The notes below the pieces were generated by a model that ran no database searches, was not told the origin of the DNA, and worked only from the letters and a program-made list of their open reading frames with translations. Shown here piece by piece: positions 39,463 through 52,382 of a stretch of DNA of 64,000 nucleotides (its first letter is position 1; the number at the start of each line of letters is the position of its first letter). The translations under genes were made by a program, and so were the position numbers. Origin of the DNA: Lepidodermella squamata (lineage: Eukaryota > Animalia > Gastrotricha); assembly GCA_047495785.1 (NCBI GenBank), contig JBLDXI010000003.1:186001-250000 (forward strand). The letters run 5' to 3'.

Positions 39463-42400
39463 TTAGACAGCCATGCACAAATAGATATTGATTCCCAGCA
39501 AAGCTTCGAGCGACACCAGAAAGGCGAAAATATCGACTAATCGAATGAAGGAGATCCTGCGGCCAACCACATTCACGATTCTTGAGAATAGCGACTCGTA
39601 GTCAGAGATAGCAGCTAGATTCGTCATAACGATTTCGTAAACCGTAATAGCTGCTACGACAGAGGAAAGCATGAGAACATAATTCGTGTATAGCAGCAGT
39701 TTCGAGGTCTGCGACACGCTGCTCAGAACATCAGACTGAGCTACGACTAATGCCAACATGATCGTTGAACACAACACTGGCCTATCAGCGACATCAGGTT
39801 GCATGATGAGAGAACCAAAAGCGAGGGCAATAAGAAGGTAGCAAGGAATCAACAGGTTTACAATGAAAAAAGCCGGATCTCGTTTGTAGGTCAGGGCGAT
39901 CTTGCCATATGATACAGGAGCTCCTGTGCGAGAGGGCGATGCGCAAGTTCCTCGAATAGTCCTCGCATTAACCAGTGTCCACATGCCATTTGAGAGAGAA
40001 TCGTAAGACTTTACATAGACACCGCCAATGGCAACGTAGCTAGCGGGTTCATCCATCAGAAAAGTGAACTCACAAGTTTGAGAATCGAACGGGAATTTCG
40101 ATAGATCCATCTTGCATGCTGACGAGAAGGTTCCGACCCGGTCCCAGTGGAAAAACAAAGTTCGATTCGGCGTTGTTGGATAGTACATGATTTGAGCCTT
40201 TTCGCCATAGTTGTCGTCCCTTAAATAGACGTCAGAAGTTGAGTTTGGTAGCGCAATTTTCGGCTTCCAATAATCATCGCTGACGACAGGAATGACCCGT
40301 TCTGTCACTTCAGCATCAGGAGCTGTGTATTCAGCGGCGCACGAGAGAACAGGCCATTGAACAAGCAAGGAGCCCCAAAGGGATATTTCACTCTCAGCAG
40401 GATCGATTGACACCAGTCTATCAACTGAAAAGGTTAGATACAGGATAGTGTTTAGTTCAGGAGATCGACGCTTTGCTCTCAGGTATGGACAAGGTTTCAG
40501 GTCCTCGTACTCGACCAATGGCTCGTAATTCCCATCCAGTGGATCAGGAATCGGGGGTTTGCCATCATCTGTCTGCGTGAAATAGGATGGAAAGGTTGAA
40601 CTGGTAACTGGTTGCTCGGTCTCAGTGTTCAAGTTTGGCTTTGAAAAAGCTGAAGTGGCAGATGCAGTGGCCGAAACTAGCGGTGTCGTGATAGATGGGG
40701 TCGTGCTTTTTGAAATCAAACTTGTTGATAAGGAAGTCGTGGTCGACGTAGAGATCGCTGCTTCCCCTGCGCTCAACCTCCACGCCATTCTAAACATAAA
40801 TTAGCCTTGTCTACAAGATGGTGATTTCTTTGTTGTAGTAAGCATACATTCTTCGAATAGCAACCAAATTCGGGCTTCCCAATCCTGCTAACGCGTAATA
40901 CAGTGCTTGCGTGTAGGTAGAGTCACGCATCCCGGGAACTGGGAAGTTTTTGAAACAATCATAAGCAGCTGCTAGTCCGTTGGCTGGCAGTTTCGCAACG
41001 GAGACATTGACGAAGTTGTTAACAGACTGCACAACGATGCGAAAACTCGCGTTTCCGGATGCATCGAAAAACGCCGAGTCGCCGCATCCCGGTGCTGAAG
41101 AAATTGTCCCAGGTGGCGGCATCGATACGTTGTCAGTTCTATTTGGGTAATAGCCGATGTAAAACTCGCCTGTTCCCGGGAGAAGATTCTGCCAGACGCC
41201 GAAGCCATACAGGTTGTTGAAGCCGTTAAAAACCGTGGAGTTGCCGATTTTTACTGAAAATTATTTCGTAATAATGAATGTGAACAACACTCTGCAAAAC
41301 CTACTCCTCGAAGGCGCACCGGTGCCAATATTGAAAATCAAGCTGAGCCATCCCTGCGTTCCAGCGCCACAGGATACGTCAAAATCGAACTCGATGCGCC
41401 AGTCATCGAAAACATAAAAGTAGGACTGAACTTCCATTATTAAATGTCAGTCATATTTAAAAAATATACCGTGGGTAAATACGATTTCGCAATTCCTGAT
41501 GTGTCGGTGAGCGTATAGCTCTTTGTCGCATACGAGGTAACAGGAAATGTAGTCCAGTTGAACTGCTCGGTGAAGTCGCGGCTTCCATAGCCGAAGAAAT
41601 ATGTCTTTCTAAAATTGTCTGGTGGTGCGAGTGTGGACGAATCCACGGTGGCTGGACTATCTTCTGTGAGACCCCACATATACCTGGAAGACATAATAAA
41701 TGTAAATAATATGCTACAGAACCTAAATGACATTTACGGTCAATGGATTTGACAATATTTCACACCTAACAATACCGAGGGCTTTGCGTGTATTCGAAAT
41801 GGGCTTCAAGAATTAAGAATTAACTCTAATTCCTATTTTCAAGAGGGGTTTCTTGGCGTATTCTGTGAAAAAGCCTAAAAATGCTGCTAACTTCTCTTGT
41901 TTAACTGTTTAACCCTTTCATGGCGGAATTATTTATCTGTGGGAGAAAAATATTCGATGGCAATTCTATGAATTTTTAAAGGCCCTGATCACGATTTTGA
42001 AATCCGTTTGTCTTTATCTATCACCGTTAAGGGTGTACAAATACTGGCCGAAATCGTCCTATCCGCCCAGCTGATTTTTCGAGTATATACCCTAATTTTT
42101 GTGTAAGGTTCCTTCACTTATGGAATCTTAGATTCTAAATTACTCCCATCAATGTCCCTAAGATTCTCCCTCACTTATATCACCAAAAAGATTCATTTAA
42201 AAAAGTTCACATCTGAATTCAGCTTTTCGAGATTTTTCAGATTTCAAGATAACAGTTTGCTGATCTCGAAACCTTGTAGCCAACATCGAAAAGCAACGTT
42301 CTTCAAAGGGGCGATCGAGAATTCCCCAAATTCAATTTTGTGCACATTTTCAAAGTCGAAATTCCGAAATGGACCTTCCCGCCGTGAAAAGGTTCAATTG

Positions 42401-43643
42401 TTCCGAATTTCACTACACTAACGTTCAAAAATTATGGAAAAGTTTTCACTTCTATGAGCTTGCTAACCGTGCAAATCAATTTCAATAACTTAATCAAAAG
42501 CACGACCCATTTTCAATTTTCAAAGCGCAGGAGGAACACGCTTTTCATGGCATATGCTGAAAAATTTGCGGGACCCTTGGCCAGTGGCGTTCGTTGGTGT
42601 TCCCCGTACAACATTCATAGCTTACATTCGTTTCACTAGAGCTTCGCCGTCAGCTCCATTAACAGCGTAGAACATTGGTGTAGGGATGCCAATCATTAAC
42701 TGGAACCCCAAAGTTACGAGGGTACCCAACCTTATCACAGTTGAGCAGCAAGCGGCGGCAGAACTAGGAACGGCCACAACCTTTAAATTGAACACAAAAA
42801 TTTTATAACTATAAGATCCCATAGTAATTTTCTAACAGTGATGACGTCCATAACACTTTGGTAGATCATTCGAAATTTGGCGAAGCCAGACGATGGCATG
42901 ACGCAGCTAGTGTCGAAGGGGAATGTATTCAATGAGTTGATGAATGGCGGCGGCGTCAGTGTGCCATTATCCATATTAGTTCTATATGTAATCACCGATT
43001 TGCCGCCGGATTCCAGCTTGAGAAACGCCACTAAGCCTGAGCCAAATTTGGTGAATACGTCATAGTAAGACTTTCCGGGCGATGAAACATCTGTCAAGTG
43101 AATTGCATTAACAAATTGATCAGCCACGTATTTCGAGCTCACATGGCATCATGCGATTAGGCGTCAATGAAAATCCAAACCAGGCATCCGATGTCCCGTT
43201 GGTTTTGTAACGCAGCTCAACGTCATACTCAACTCGCCAACTTGTCAATAAGGGCCCAGATGAACCAACTCTCTATAAAGAAATTAAGAAAGAATTGCCA
43301 ATTTTCTTTAAGCGAATTCTTCAGTTCCCCGCATAGGCTTCGTTCTTCAACTTCTGAAACTTACAAGACCTTGAATAACTGCGTAAGATTCATTTGGCGA
43401 AGAGTTAGCCGCCGCCATCGAGTTCAGTTGGTAGCCGCTCGAAACTTTTTTCGCTGCATAGTGCGTTGTAATCGTACCGTTGCTGTTGACCTGCGGATCT
43501 TCGCCGTCGAACGAGCAATGCGGCACGAATATGGTTGGCCCTATGAATCCAACAGGCAGTGGCAGCGAGATGACATCCGGCGACGGATCATAACCAGCTA
43601 AAACTGCCGCAATGAAAACTGTTGAAATTACTACCCGAAACAT
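39463..43643 (-). CDS. Lectin-like-domain Cys-loop channel paralog G (8 exons)
   Basis: MFRVVISTVFIAAVLAGYDP signal peptide; conserved splice phases; ~0.9-kb fourth intron; channel ORF 39463-40797. Confidence 0.9.
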
Positions 43644-44324
43644 TTTGTGAGAATGAGAGTCGAAGAGTTCTCACAGCACCATCTGCTTTTGAGCATTAAT
43701 AATGCATTAACCAAACCGTAGCCCAATTAAATTCAAAAGTATGAACTTCGAACTCGAGAACTTTGAATGAAAAGTTCGGAAAGTTCGATAGGTTCTAATC
43801 CGCTTTTACGCCAATGGTGGCGTTTGAAAAAGAGCTCATGTCGTTTGTTGATAAAAACATTCCTCGTTTCAGCCGTGAATTGCCTTATACATAATTTATG
43901 TGTTATCTCTTGTTTTCCATCCTGCTTCGAATTCGCTTGGGCAAGTCATAAATAAATACATATATAAGTATCTGATTATGCGGAATAAGTGGAGGATGAG
44001 CGCAGAATGAGTGCGGCATGAGTGCGGGTTAAGCTACAAAAGGATGCGGAGGAGTTTCCCGACATCTAAGCATCAGGTACCATCTGGCCTTCATTTAGAA
44101 AAGGGCGAAAGGTTCAGAGTTCAGAACCATTAGAAAATATTTTATTTCTTAATGTTAACTTACAATATTTTTCAATTACAATTTCACATGAAATGCATTC
44201 AAAACGCCAAGATACAAAATTTTCCAAGGGTGCTTCATAGTCCAGTCAACGAATTTGCTTATCAACGCGTGTTTGTTTCCGGAAAATTGCACAATATGTT
44301 GACAAACGGCTGTCAGTCATCAGA

Positions 44325-44600
44325 CATTATGTGACCACTTTTTAGGCGGGAAACAACGCCGTCTCCTATTGGTTCATTCAAATACTACGCGGGTGATTCA
44401 AACAGTTGTTTTTTGCCCAAAATAATCGTTTTTACAACAATTGGCACGCGTTTTCGATAAAATAGCGCCATATAGCGCTAAAACGTTGCAAAAACTATTG
44501 TTTTTAATAAAAAAAATGGTCATTTGAATCGCCCGCGTAGTATTTGAATGAACCAATAGGAGACGGCGTTGTTTCCCGCCTAAAAAGTGGTCACATAATG
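44325..44600. mobile_element. MITE with ~78-bp TIRs just downstream of the peroxiredoxin stop
   Basis: CATTATGTGACCACTTTTTAGGCGGGAAAC... matches its reverse complement almost perfectly; AGA on both flanks. Confidence 0.85.
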
Positions 44601-44620
44601 AGAGTTGTTAACTTTGCATG

Positions 44621-46622
44621 TCACTCTGCTTTCTCAAAGTACTCCTTGCTGCCTTTAACGTCAGCCTTCATCGCCTCCTGGCCAGGTTTCCAGTTAGCCG
44701 GGCAGACTGTTGGCGGTTCAAGAACGAAATAGTTTGAATTTCAGAAACGCTATCAACTGACCTTCACCGTGCTTGTCTGTGAATTGGAACGCCTGCACAA
44801 GGCGCAGAACCTCGTCGACGGAACGCCCAACCGGCATGTCGTTGATGGTTATCTGCCGGATGATGCCTTCTTCGTTGATGATGAACAGGCCCCTGAGAGG
44901 GCAAAACCACAATACGTTAATTCATCCATCAAATGAAAGCTATAGAATAATGACATAAGGAAAGCCCCGGTGGATTTAGTTTATCAAGTTTTTACAAAGT
45001 ATTTGCCCTTATCCCTTATAGGGGCGTCATCATTCAGGGGATGAGAGTTTCTTTTAGGGTATGGCCCGAGCTAGTTGTGGGCGATTGGTCATAGGTTGAC
45101 GGCGCGAAAAAGGTTAAACAATCGACATGGAATTCTAGCAAACACTTCAAAGGGGAAAAAGCTAACAGGGAAGGCGGAGGGGGTACCACAGGGGGATCCT
45201 CGGTCCGAAATTACTCGGAAGTAACCCCTAGCTCGGGGATCCCACTTCGCACCCTGTTAACCACCTGGACCCCTGAACTTTGGACCCTGAAGCCTGAAGT
45301 GAGGAAACACGGCTGAAATCGAAGATATAAAATTCTCAAAATTTCAACAGTTACCGTAAATTCCCAAATACAAGGTTTTGTCCTAAATAAGAGCTTTTAC
45401 GATATCTACCATATGGATTAGCTGTGCTTCATAACGACCAGAAAATACACTAGAAAATTCATTGATCGAATGCTTATCAATTATTTAGTCTCGAATAATA
45501 TTGCCTAGTTGACAATTCAGGTAAAATTGGAAATGGCTCATAAATTTTTCGAATAACATAATTTCCTTATTTTACTTCAAAATTTGCAATAATGTGCGAA
45601 AATACGGGGTATGATTTCTATTTACCGGAATGCACAGCCGGTGGGTTCGTGCAGGACGCCGTAAGACCTGGCGATCGAGTAGGTCTTATCGGCGACAAGG
45701 GGTATGTTCATGTCGCCGAGGCCGCCGGCTTTCTTCGGCGTGTTGACCCACGCGAAGTGGCAGAACTCCGAGTCGCACGAGCACGCGATCAGTTCGCAGT
45801 TGACGGCGCGAAATTCTTCCGCCCGTTTGCTGAACGCGATGATCTCCGTCGGGCACACGAAGGTACTGCAATAAAGAAATTACCGCAATTTTAAAATCAA
45901 GCGAAGCAGATGAATCAACAATTGAACTCGAACAATTTTTGAGAAATGTTCAAAAATCGATAAAAATCGAAGAAAATGATTTTCTGAAAATGTTATGGAA
46001 AAATAATTGTCTGGCAAAATTTCGAATTTGATCGAATTTGAAAAATCGATTTTTCACAGTGCATAGTGCTTTGAATCCTCTCTTCTCCTAAAATATGTTA
46101 TGTATTTTCGGAAAAATTCAGAAAAAAACCCGATTGAAACTCCTTAAAAATCATTTTGAAATTTACAAATATTATTTATTTATGAATTTGTTGCAGTAAT
46201 TAATAATTGATTAAAATTTTCGTCTTCAATTAAAAAAATCATTGCAGTCATCATTTTATCGGTCAATTGTTCGCACAATCTTTGGCCCAATTTTTCAAAA
46301 TCATCGATAAATTTGTCAAAAATCGATCAGATAGTTCCTATCGATATATTATGGCGAAAACATTCGATTTTCTCTGTTCAAAACTTTCGTGTCACAAATT
46401 CGGAATCGAACGGAATCTAATTTAATTCAAATATTTAGAATTTAATTCGATAACTTACAAATCGAGTGGGTAGAAAAACAGCACGACGTATTTGCCGCGA
46501 TAGTCCGCCAGGCTGATCTTGCGGATGTCCATGTCGACAACGGCCTGGGCCGTCCACTCGGGCGCCTTGTCGCCCGGCTGCAGCCAACCCGCCGGTGGCC
46601 TGCTCGATCTATCGTCACTCAT
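44621..46622 (-). CDS. Typical 2-Cys peroxiredoxin (Prx1/PRDX1-2 type), 4 exons
   Basis: [14 protein letters not shown] (peroxidatic Cys), [28 protein letters not shown] (resolving Cys) and C-terminal YF; GT-AG joins in frame. Confidence 0.95.
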
Positions 46623-47136
46623 AATGAATGCGTGTTTCCTCAAATCAAAATTCAAACTGTCCAGAAAAAATTAGTAGATAAAAAACGGCTGCGATTGAAG
46701 AACAGAACAGAAGTCGAACGGATGTAGATGTGGCTGCTCCTGAGGGTGAAAACTGATATGAGCAGCGGATGATTAAAATTCAAGAGCCGCAGCAGCGCCT
46801 ATGCACTCGCATTGATTAGTGAAATTATGGCACTTGAGAGACCTCATCGCTCAATGGCGTATCAGCTGCATCGATTTCCGCCGTCGGCCTAGCTGTATAT
46901 GCGGAAATTCACGAAAAGTGCGATTTTTTACACAGCTATTATGCAATCACTCATCTCGTGTGTCTTGAGGGTCATCATCAGACACTCATTAGCGGTGTAA
47001 GGCGGTGCAATAAAAATCACGTTTCGATAGTTTGACCTCGTACTGATTTAATTTACATGGATGTTCAGCGAATTATATTTTTACTGGAATTGAAATGAAA
47101 AGAAAAATGAAATAAAAAAGAGGAAAAAAACTCAGC

Positions 47137-47197
47137 TGATTCGGGCCGGGATTGAACCGGCGACCTTCTGTGTGTTAGGCAGATGTAATAACCACTA
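47137..47197 (-). pseudogene. 5'-truncated tRNA-Val(AAC) pseudogene
   Basis: TAGTGGTTATTACATCTGCCTAACACACAGAAGGTCGCCGGTTCAATCCCGGCCCGAATCA followed by a T run; 5' acceptor strand missing; one anticodon-stem mismatch. Confidence 0.7.
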
Positions 47198-47718
47198 AAT
47201 AGATGAAATTTATTTCTCCAATAATTTGTTTTCAGCCAAAGCCTAATACCTAGTAGTAGAGTGATTGCTGAGGAAAATCTGACACCATCATCATCAGAGG
47301 AAGATTCGGTTCTACGACATTTCAGCCAACTCAGCTCAGTAATGTCGCGGCTGAGTTGTCGTTGGCTGAAATGTCGCACTACGGAAAATTCGAGCGGAAA
47401 AAATTTAAAATGTAAAATTCAAGCTGAAAAATTCGAGTGGAGCCTGCGGTAGGAAAATTGGCCCGCCGGGATATCCCATTCAGATGTTTCCAAAACTCAA
47501 AAAATCCGGATAGATTTCGAAAATTTGTTTCCTTATTTATTTTCTTGGTCCTGTTCAGCTCACAGAATTCAGCATTCGATATTGCATTATAATGTTTTAT
47601 TTTCTTCTCATCAAAAAATCGACCATATTGAATTTTCCGATTTTATTCGCAATTTTTTACGAAATTGTCATGAATTATTTGTTTCAAATGTGAGTTTTAT
47701 CGTTTCAGATTCCTTTCG

Positions 47719-48499
47719 CTATTGGCAGTATTCGTTGAGTTCTTGCAGCGTGCAGTAGTTGTAGCAGCACTCGCAGATGATGTTGCGCGGCGTCCACGAC
47801 CCGGCCATCACGCCCTTCGTCCACGAGACGGGCGTTCGTTTGCGCACCCCGCTCGAGCGCGCCACGGATCGAGCCTCGCGGCTTGACAGAACAGGCAACC
47901 GACCAGCGGCGCCGTCACGCTTCAGCGATTCCCACATCTCAGCCGCTGCATCGTACTCTTCTTCGACAGCTATTCAAAACAAAATCAGAATATTTTGAAA
48001 TTCTACAAAATGATTAAAAAAATTGAAAACAGATGAGAGATCGGAAATTGAATAATTAAAAATATTCAAAAAATTCAAGTTATTTTAAATTTCCTGATTT
48101 TCAGGCTGTTTGAAGATATTTTCATCCAGTCCTGAATTTTGAAATTTTTTAATTAAAATCTAAGCTGAATTTACCGTCGAATCTGCGTGAGTTGATGTGC
48201 GCTAATTGCAGCGCCTTGTTAATTGCCTCAGCGTCCATAGGCGAAAGCGATGACCTGGAGCCGCCGTTATTCGACTGGTGGTGGCACAGTTCCTTCAATT
48301 TACCGAGCAGACGAAGCCCGCACAGGCCGTTCGGGTGGTACTGCCGGCTTTTCGAGTAGCACACCTTGTCTAGGCCGGCGTCAACGCGCACAGGCGCCGT
48401 CATGAAGGCGATCACGGTGGCGATGGCTAAAATCGAGGCGATGAAGCATGACGAGCGGTAAATGCAGTTGATGAAAACGCTCAAATTTAGAGAAACCAT
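47719..48499 (-). CDS. Insulin-like peptide precursor, 8-Cys (MIP/octinsulin type), 2 exons
   Basis: Hydrophobic leader; B chain VCYSKSRQYHPNGLCGLRLLGKLKELC; phase-1 intron in the C-peptide; KR sites; A chain NIICECCYNYCTLQELNEYCQ. Confidence 0.9.
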
Positions 48500-49439
48500 A
48501 TTTAAATAATAGAACAGTGTTTGATTTCACGTGATTATTGCGGCGGGAGAGGGTGAGAAAGAGGCGCGCAGTTGCGCAATATATTATAGGTCACGCACTA
48601 ATGAGCGCGTTTTATTACGCGCGCGAGATGGCTCGCACCTGATACAGCGCGGTGAATAATGAGCGAGATCGCACCTGGAAATGGCCATTCATATACACAC
48701 AATTAAATTGAGAAATTCAATTTCAAAGATTTCAGTGAGAAACTAATATTATGATTAATAATCTGAAGCCTTATCTCTGGTAATAATTCATGTAGCCTTT
48801 TATAGCAAAGCCGAACAGAAAATCTGTCTTCAGTTTTCATGAGTTCTGAGAATTACTAGTCATTCGATTGACAGAGTGCCTACAACTCCGATTATAGGGC
48901 GCCCATTTCTTGCAACCAAAAAGGTTAGCTTTGCCTTTTCCATTTACGTTACGAATTCCTCTCCCTTATAGCGCACGCGCTATGAAAATGAATGGAATCG
49001 AAAATTCAAACCCCGAGTTTTTTATAGCTGTGGAAAAAAGCCAGACACTTCAACTGAGCTGATTTAGTGATGAAAAGTGATACCAAGAATGCCGCTCCCT
49101 CAAGTTTAAGGTTTAACAGCGAGATGGGATTCTATCTTCTATCTATTTTCCGCTATATTTATGCTATACGCGATACTACTTTGGATACTACTCTTGGCGA
49201 AAGACCCCAAAAATATAGTGAAAATTTTAATAAATATTATTTTTTTGGAGTCCGAATATTCTATGAATTTAGCTAATCGTTTTTCAGCCGCAGATGGAAA
49301 TTGAAGAATTTCTAATCCTGAGGAATTTTTGCTATGTTTTCACCATCACTTTGGTATAACATATAAATTCGAATTCGGATCCTCAGAAAATCGGTGGTAA
49401 ATAGTTTAACCAACTCACAAAAATAACCAGAATATCTTT

Positions 49440-49713
49440 TTGCGGAACCAAATTTGACTGTAGCGGAACCAAATCGGCATGTTGCGGAGCCTAATTTGCT
49501 TCTTGCTTCTTTTTGAATATTTCTACGAAATTAAGGCAATGCATGATTCTATAGTAAAGAATACGCCATATTCAGAATCTTACGCTGAATTTAATGATGA
49601 CTTATTTCAAATTATGCTGATAAATCATGACAAGTTTGAAAGATTCGAAAAGTGGCCTTATTAGGCCCATTGAAAATTCCAAAATTTGGTTCCGCTACAG
49701 TCAAATCCGCTAA
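49440..49713. repeat. MITE-like inverted repeat
   Basis: ATTTGACTGTAGCGGAACCAAAT near 49452 and its reverse complement near 49684-49706. Confidence 0.5.
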
Positions 49714-49868
49714 AAGCAAGACCCAAAAATAATCTATTCACACCTATCAAAGTTTATTTTATTCAAAAAATTCGCAAAAAAACGCAACGGAGAATTTAGT
49801 TAGCACAAAAATAATTTCTAATAAAATATCTATTATAGCCTATTTTGATATTTAAACTAATCAGTTAA

Positions 49869-51574
49869 TCAGGTGAGTGAAAATGTGAGTTTAGCGTAGT
49901 AGTACTCGCCATACGCATCCGGAGCCTCGCGATTCGACCCCGGTACCGAGTTGGCACCCATCGACCCATCACTCGGGTTCATTGGACCGGAACCGAGCCC
50001 TAGCATGGGCCCAGTCGCCCCTGAGGCGCCCGTGTTGAGGGGTGGTGGGGTGGCTGGGAGTGGCGCCCGGGTGCCCCTGTCCGAGTAGGGCCGGCACGGG
50101 CGCGCCATGAGCTTGCACTGGCGGCGGACGTTGTTGTAGGAGAAGCCGACGCAGGTGGCCTCCATCTCGAACATGCACGTGTTGCGGCACGTGTAGAAGG
50201 CGACGTCCTCGTCGCGGCGGCGAATGTCGACGTCGGCGCAAATAGCGCGGATTGGCTGGAAGAAACTCGTTATGTTACTCACGTCAGGCTTCGTCACGGT
50301 GGCTGCAATCTTCAGAAATTAAAAATTAAAATTAGAAAAATTAACGAGCGACAGTTTTTCAAATTTTAGAAATTGAATTTTCAAACAGGTTTAAATGCTT
50401 AGACGAAAAATAAAAAAGATGAGAATTATAGAAATCCTATAATTGATCACAAAAAATCCCATAAATTACCATGGAATTCTGAAAGGTCCCATTATATCAC
50501 TTATATGGACACGAAGTACCTGATTCATGATACAAAAAATGACTAAAAATGAACGTATTTGTAAAATCGGACAGGATTAAGGAGAAATCAGGAGAATATT
50601 TAATTGTTTCAATTTAATTGATTAATTTTTCAAAAAACTTCCAATTACCGTAATTTTTCGTAGAACTGTAGAGTAAAAATTTGGATTGAACATTTTGGAC
50701 AATTTTGATAAAAGAAAGGCCTCATCTAATTGTTTACCGTTTTATTATTTTGCCGGCCGAATCCAATAGCTGATAAGTAGCGAAGCGGCCTGTCGTTGTC
50801 GGGTTCACAAGCCAGCCGGCACGCGATGAGAGTCTGGAAAATGCCGCACTCACGAGGCGAAACGGCGAGGCGACACACGCCGAGTCGCGAGTCGAGGTAA
50901 TAGCCGCGTTTCACGCACTGCGAACTGCCAACAGCCACTTGTTGCGGGCATCGAGCGTCCACTTTCAGCTGCTTTCGAGTTGAAGGCTCGTCCCAGCCAG
51001 TTTCTTGAAGCTACAATAAACCAATCATTTTTAGAATTTATTTAAATTTCAACTCGAAAAATTCAAAAAACTTGAGTTATGAAATTCAAAAAAATTTAAT
51101 TGCATTGTTAAATTTTTTTAAATATTGAGGTTTGAAATTGTGAATTTTTGTCTCGAAATTCTTCATTTAACAAGCCATCAATTATCTATTTATTACCGAA
51201 TATTTAGCCAGTGTTGTTAGATTGCAAACCAATCGGCACGTCAACTCATCCGGGAAATTGTTCGCATTGCCTGTGAAAATTCAATTAAAATTATGAAAAA
51301 AATCACTCGGCCGTTGCAATTTGTTCGTACCTCGACAACCGCCGTAGTCGAAGGTTAGGCATCGTCTACGAACCGCGTCGAAAAAGTAGCGAGGAAAGGC
51401 GCCTTGACACGGCCCAGGCTCGGGCGATTGGAAGCAAACTGTATCTGGGTCAAGCTCATCATCCTCAAAGGCATCGCTCCAATTATTGAGGCAATTGACC
51501 CCGCCGAGAAACCAGGTCAAAGTAATAACCAAAGCCGCAAAGAGGCCGAATTGTTTAATTATTGCGCCAGGCAT
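49869..51574 (-). CDS. Secreted Kunitz + degenerate Kunitz + PAN/Apple-like protein, 4 exons
   Basis: Signal peptide; CFQSPEPGPCQGAFPRYFFD..CLTFDYGGCRG|NANNFPDELTCRLVC; second Kunitz-like exon; CRNTC..TCVGFSYN..QCKL (PAN-like). Confidence 0.85.
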
Positions 51575-52382
51575 TTAAAAGATGGAGATGAATTTACGAA
51601 AATTATCCACCAGGGATGAGGATGGTAGTTCTGGCCAAGAAACCGTCGTCAGATTTTTTGTAGAATTAAGCTCGTTTTAATGCGCTTTATTCGTGTAAAA
51701 GGTGTCAGGTGTGATAGGCATAGGCAGTACTCATGAGTAGGATGTTCATTTCTCTCATGCCGCGTGCGTGCCTGAACGGGTGAGTTTTTTACGCTTGATA
51801 GTTTTACCTACTGTGTGCTGTTATCACGCCGGCATCTTCTTGAGGATGGCGCCTGGTTTATCACGCGCCCGCTGTCACGCTCCGTACTCGGCTTACAAGG
51901 AGCGTGCCAACAATAAATTACCTTTTCCACAAGGTATTATTAGATCCTAGATTAACGGTGAATTTGAAGAGAAACCATTTTAAAGAATTCACAAAATCCG
52001 AGTAATAAATTTTTACGCAATTTCGGCTCTTTTTTGCGGTTCGGCTCAATCGGTAGTTGTGTTTTCAAGTGTAAAGAGAGTTTTACATTTTGTTTTCTCT
52101 GGCTCCTTGTTATGTATTCAAGCTGTTTTTATAGATTTGCCAGGTGGGTGGAAATTTATTACCTGAATATATCGACTACCATGTATTACGGGGTAAAACT
52201 TGGTCCCATCAACTCGTATCAATTTTATTGAAAGCTTCAACGAGGGTTAAGAACAATGAGTATCGTTGAAAATGAGTCAAAAGAATTGTGGTAAAAATAT
52301 GGAGGAACAGTATAACATGACCAGATAAGGAGTTTCCATTCCTCCATGGGTGAAAATGTACAGCATTGGTGATAGGTGCCGA

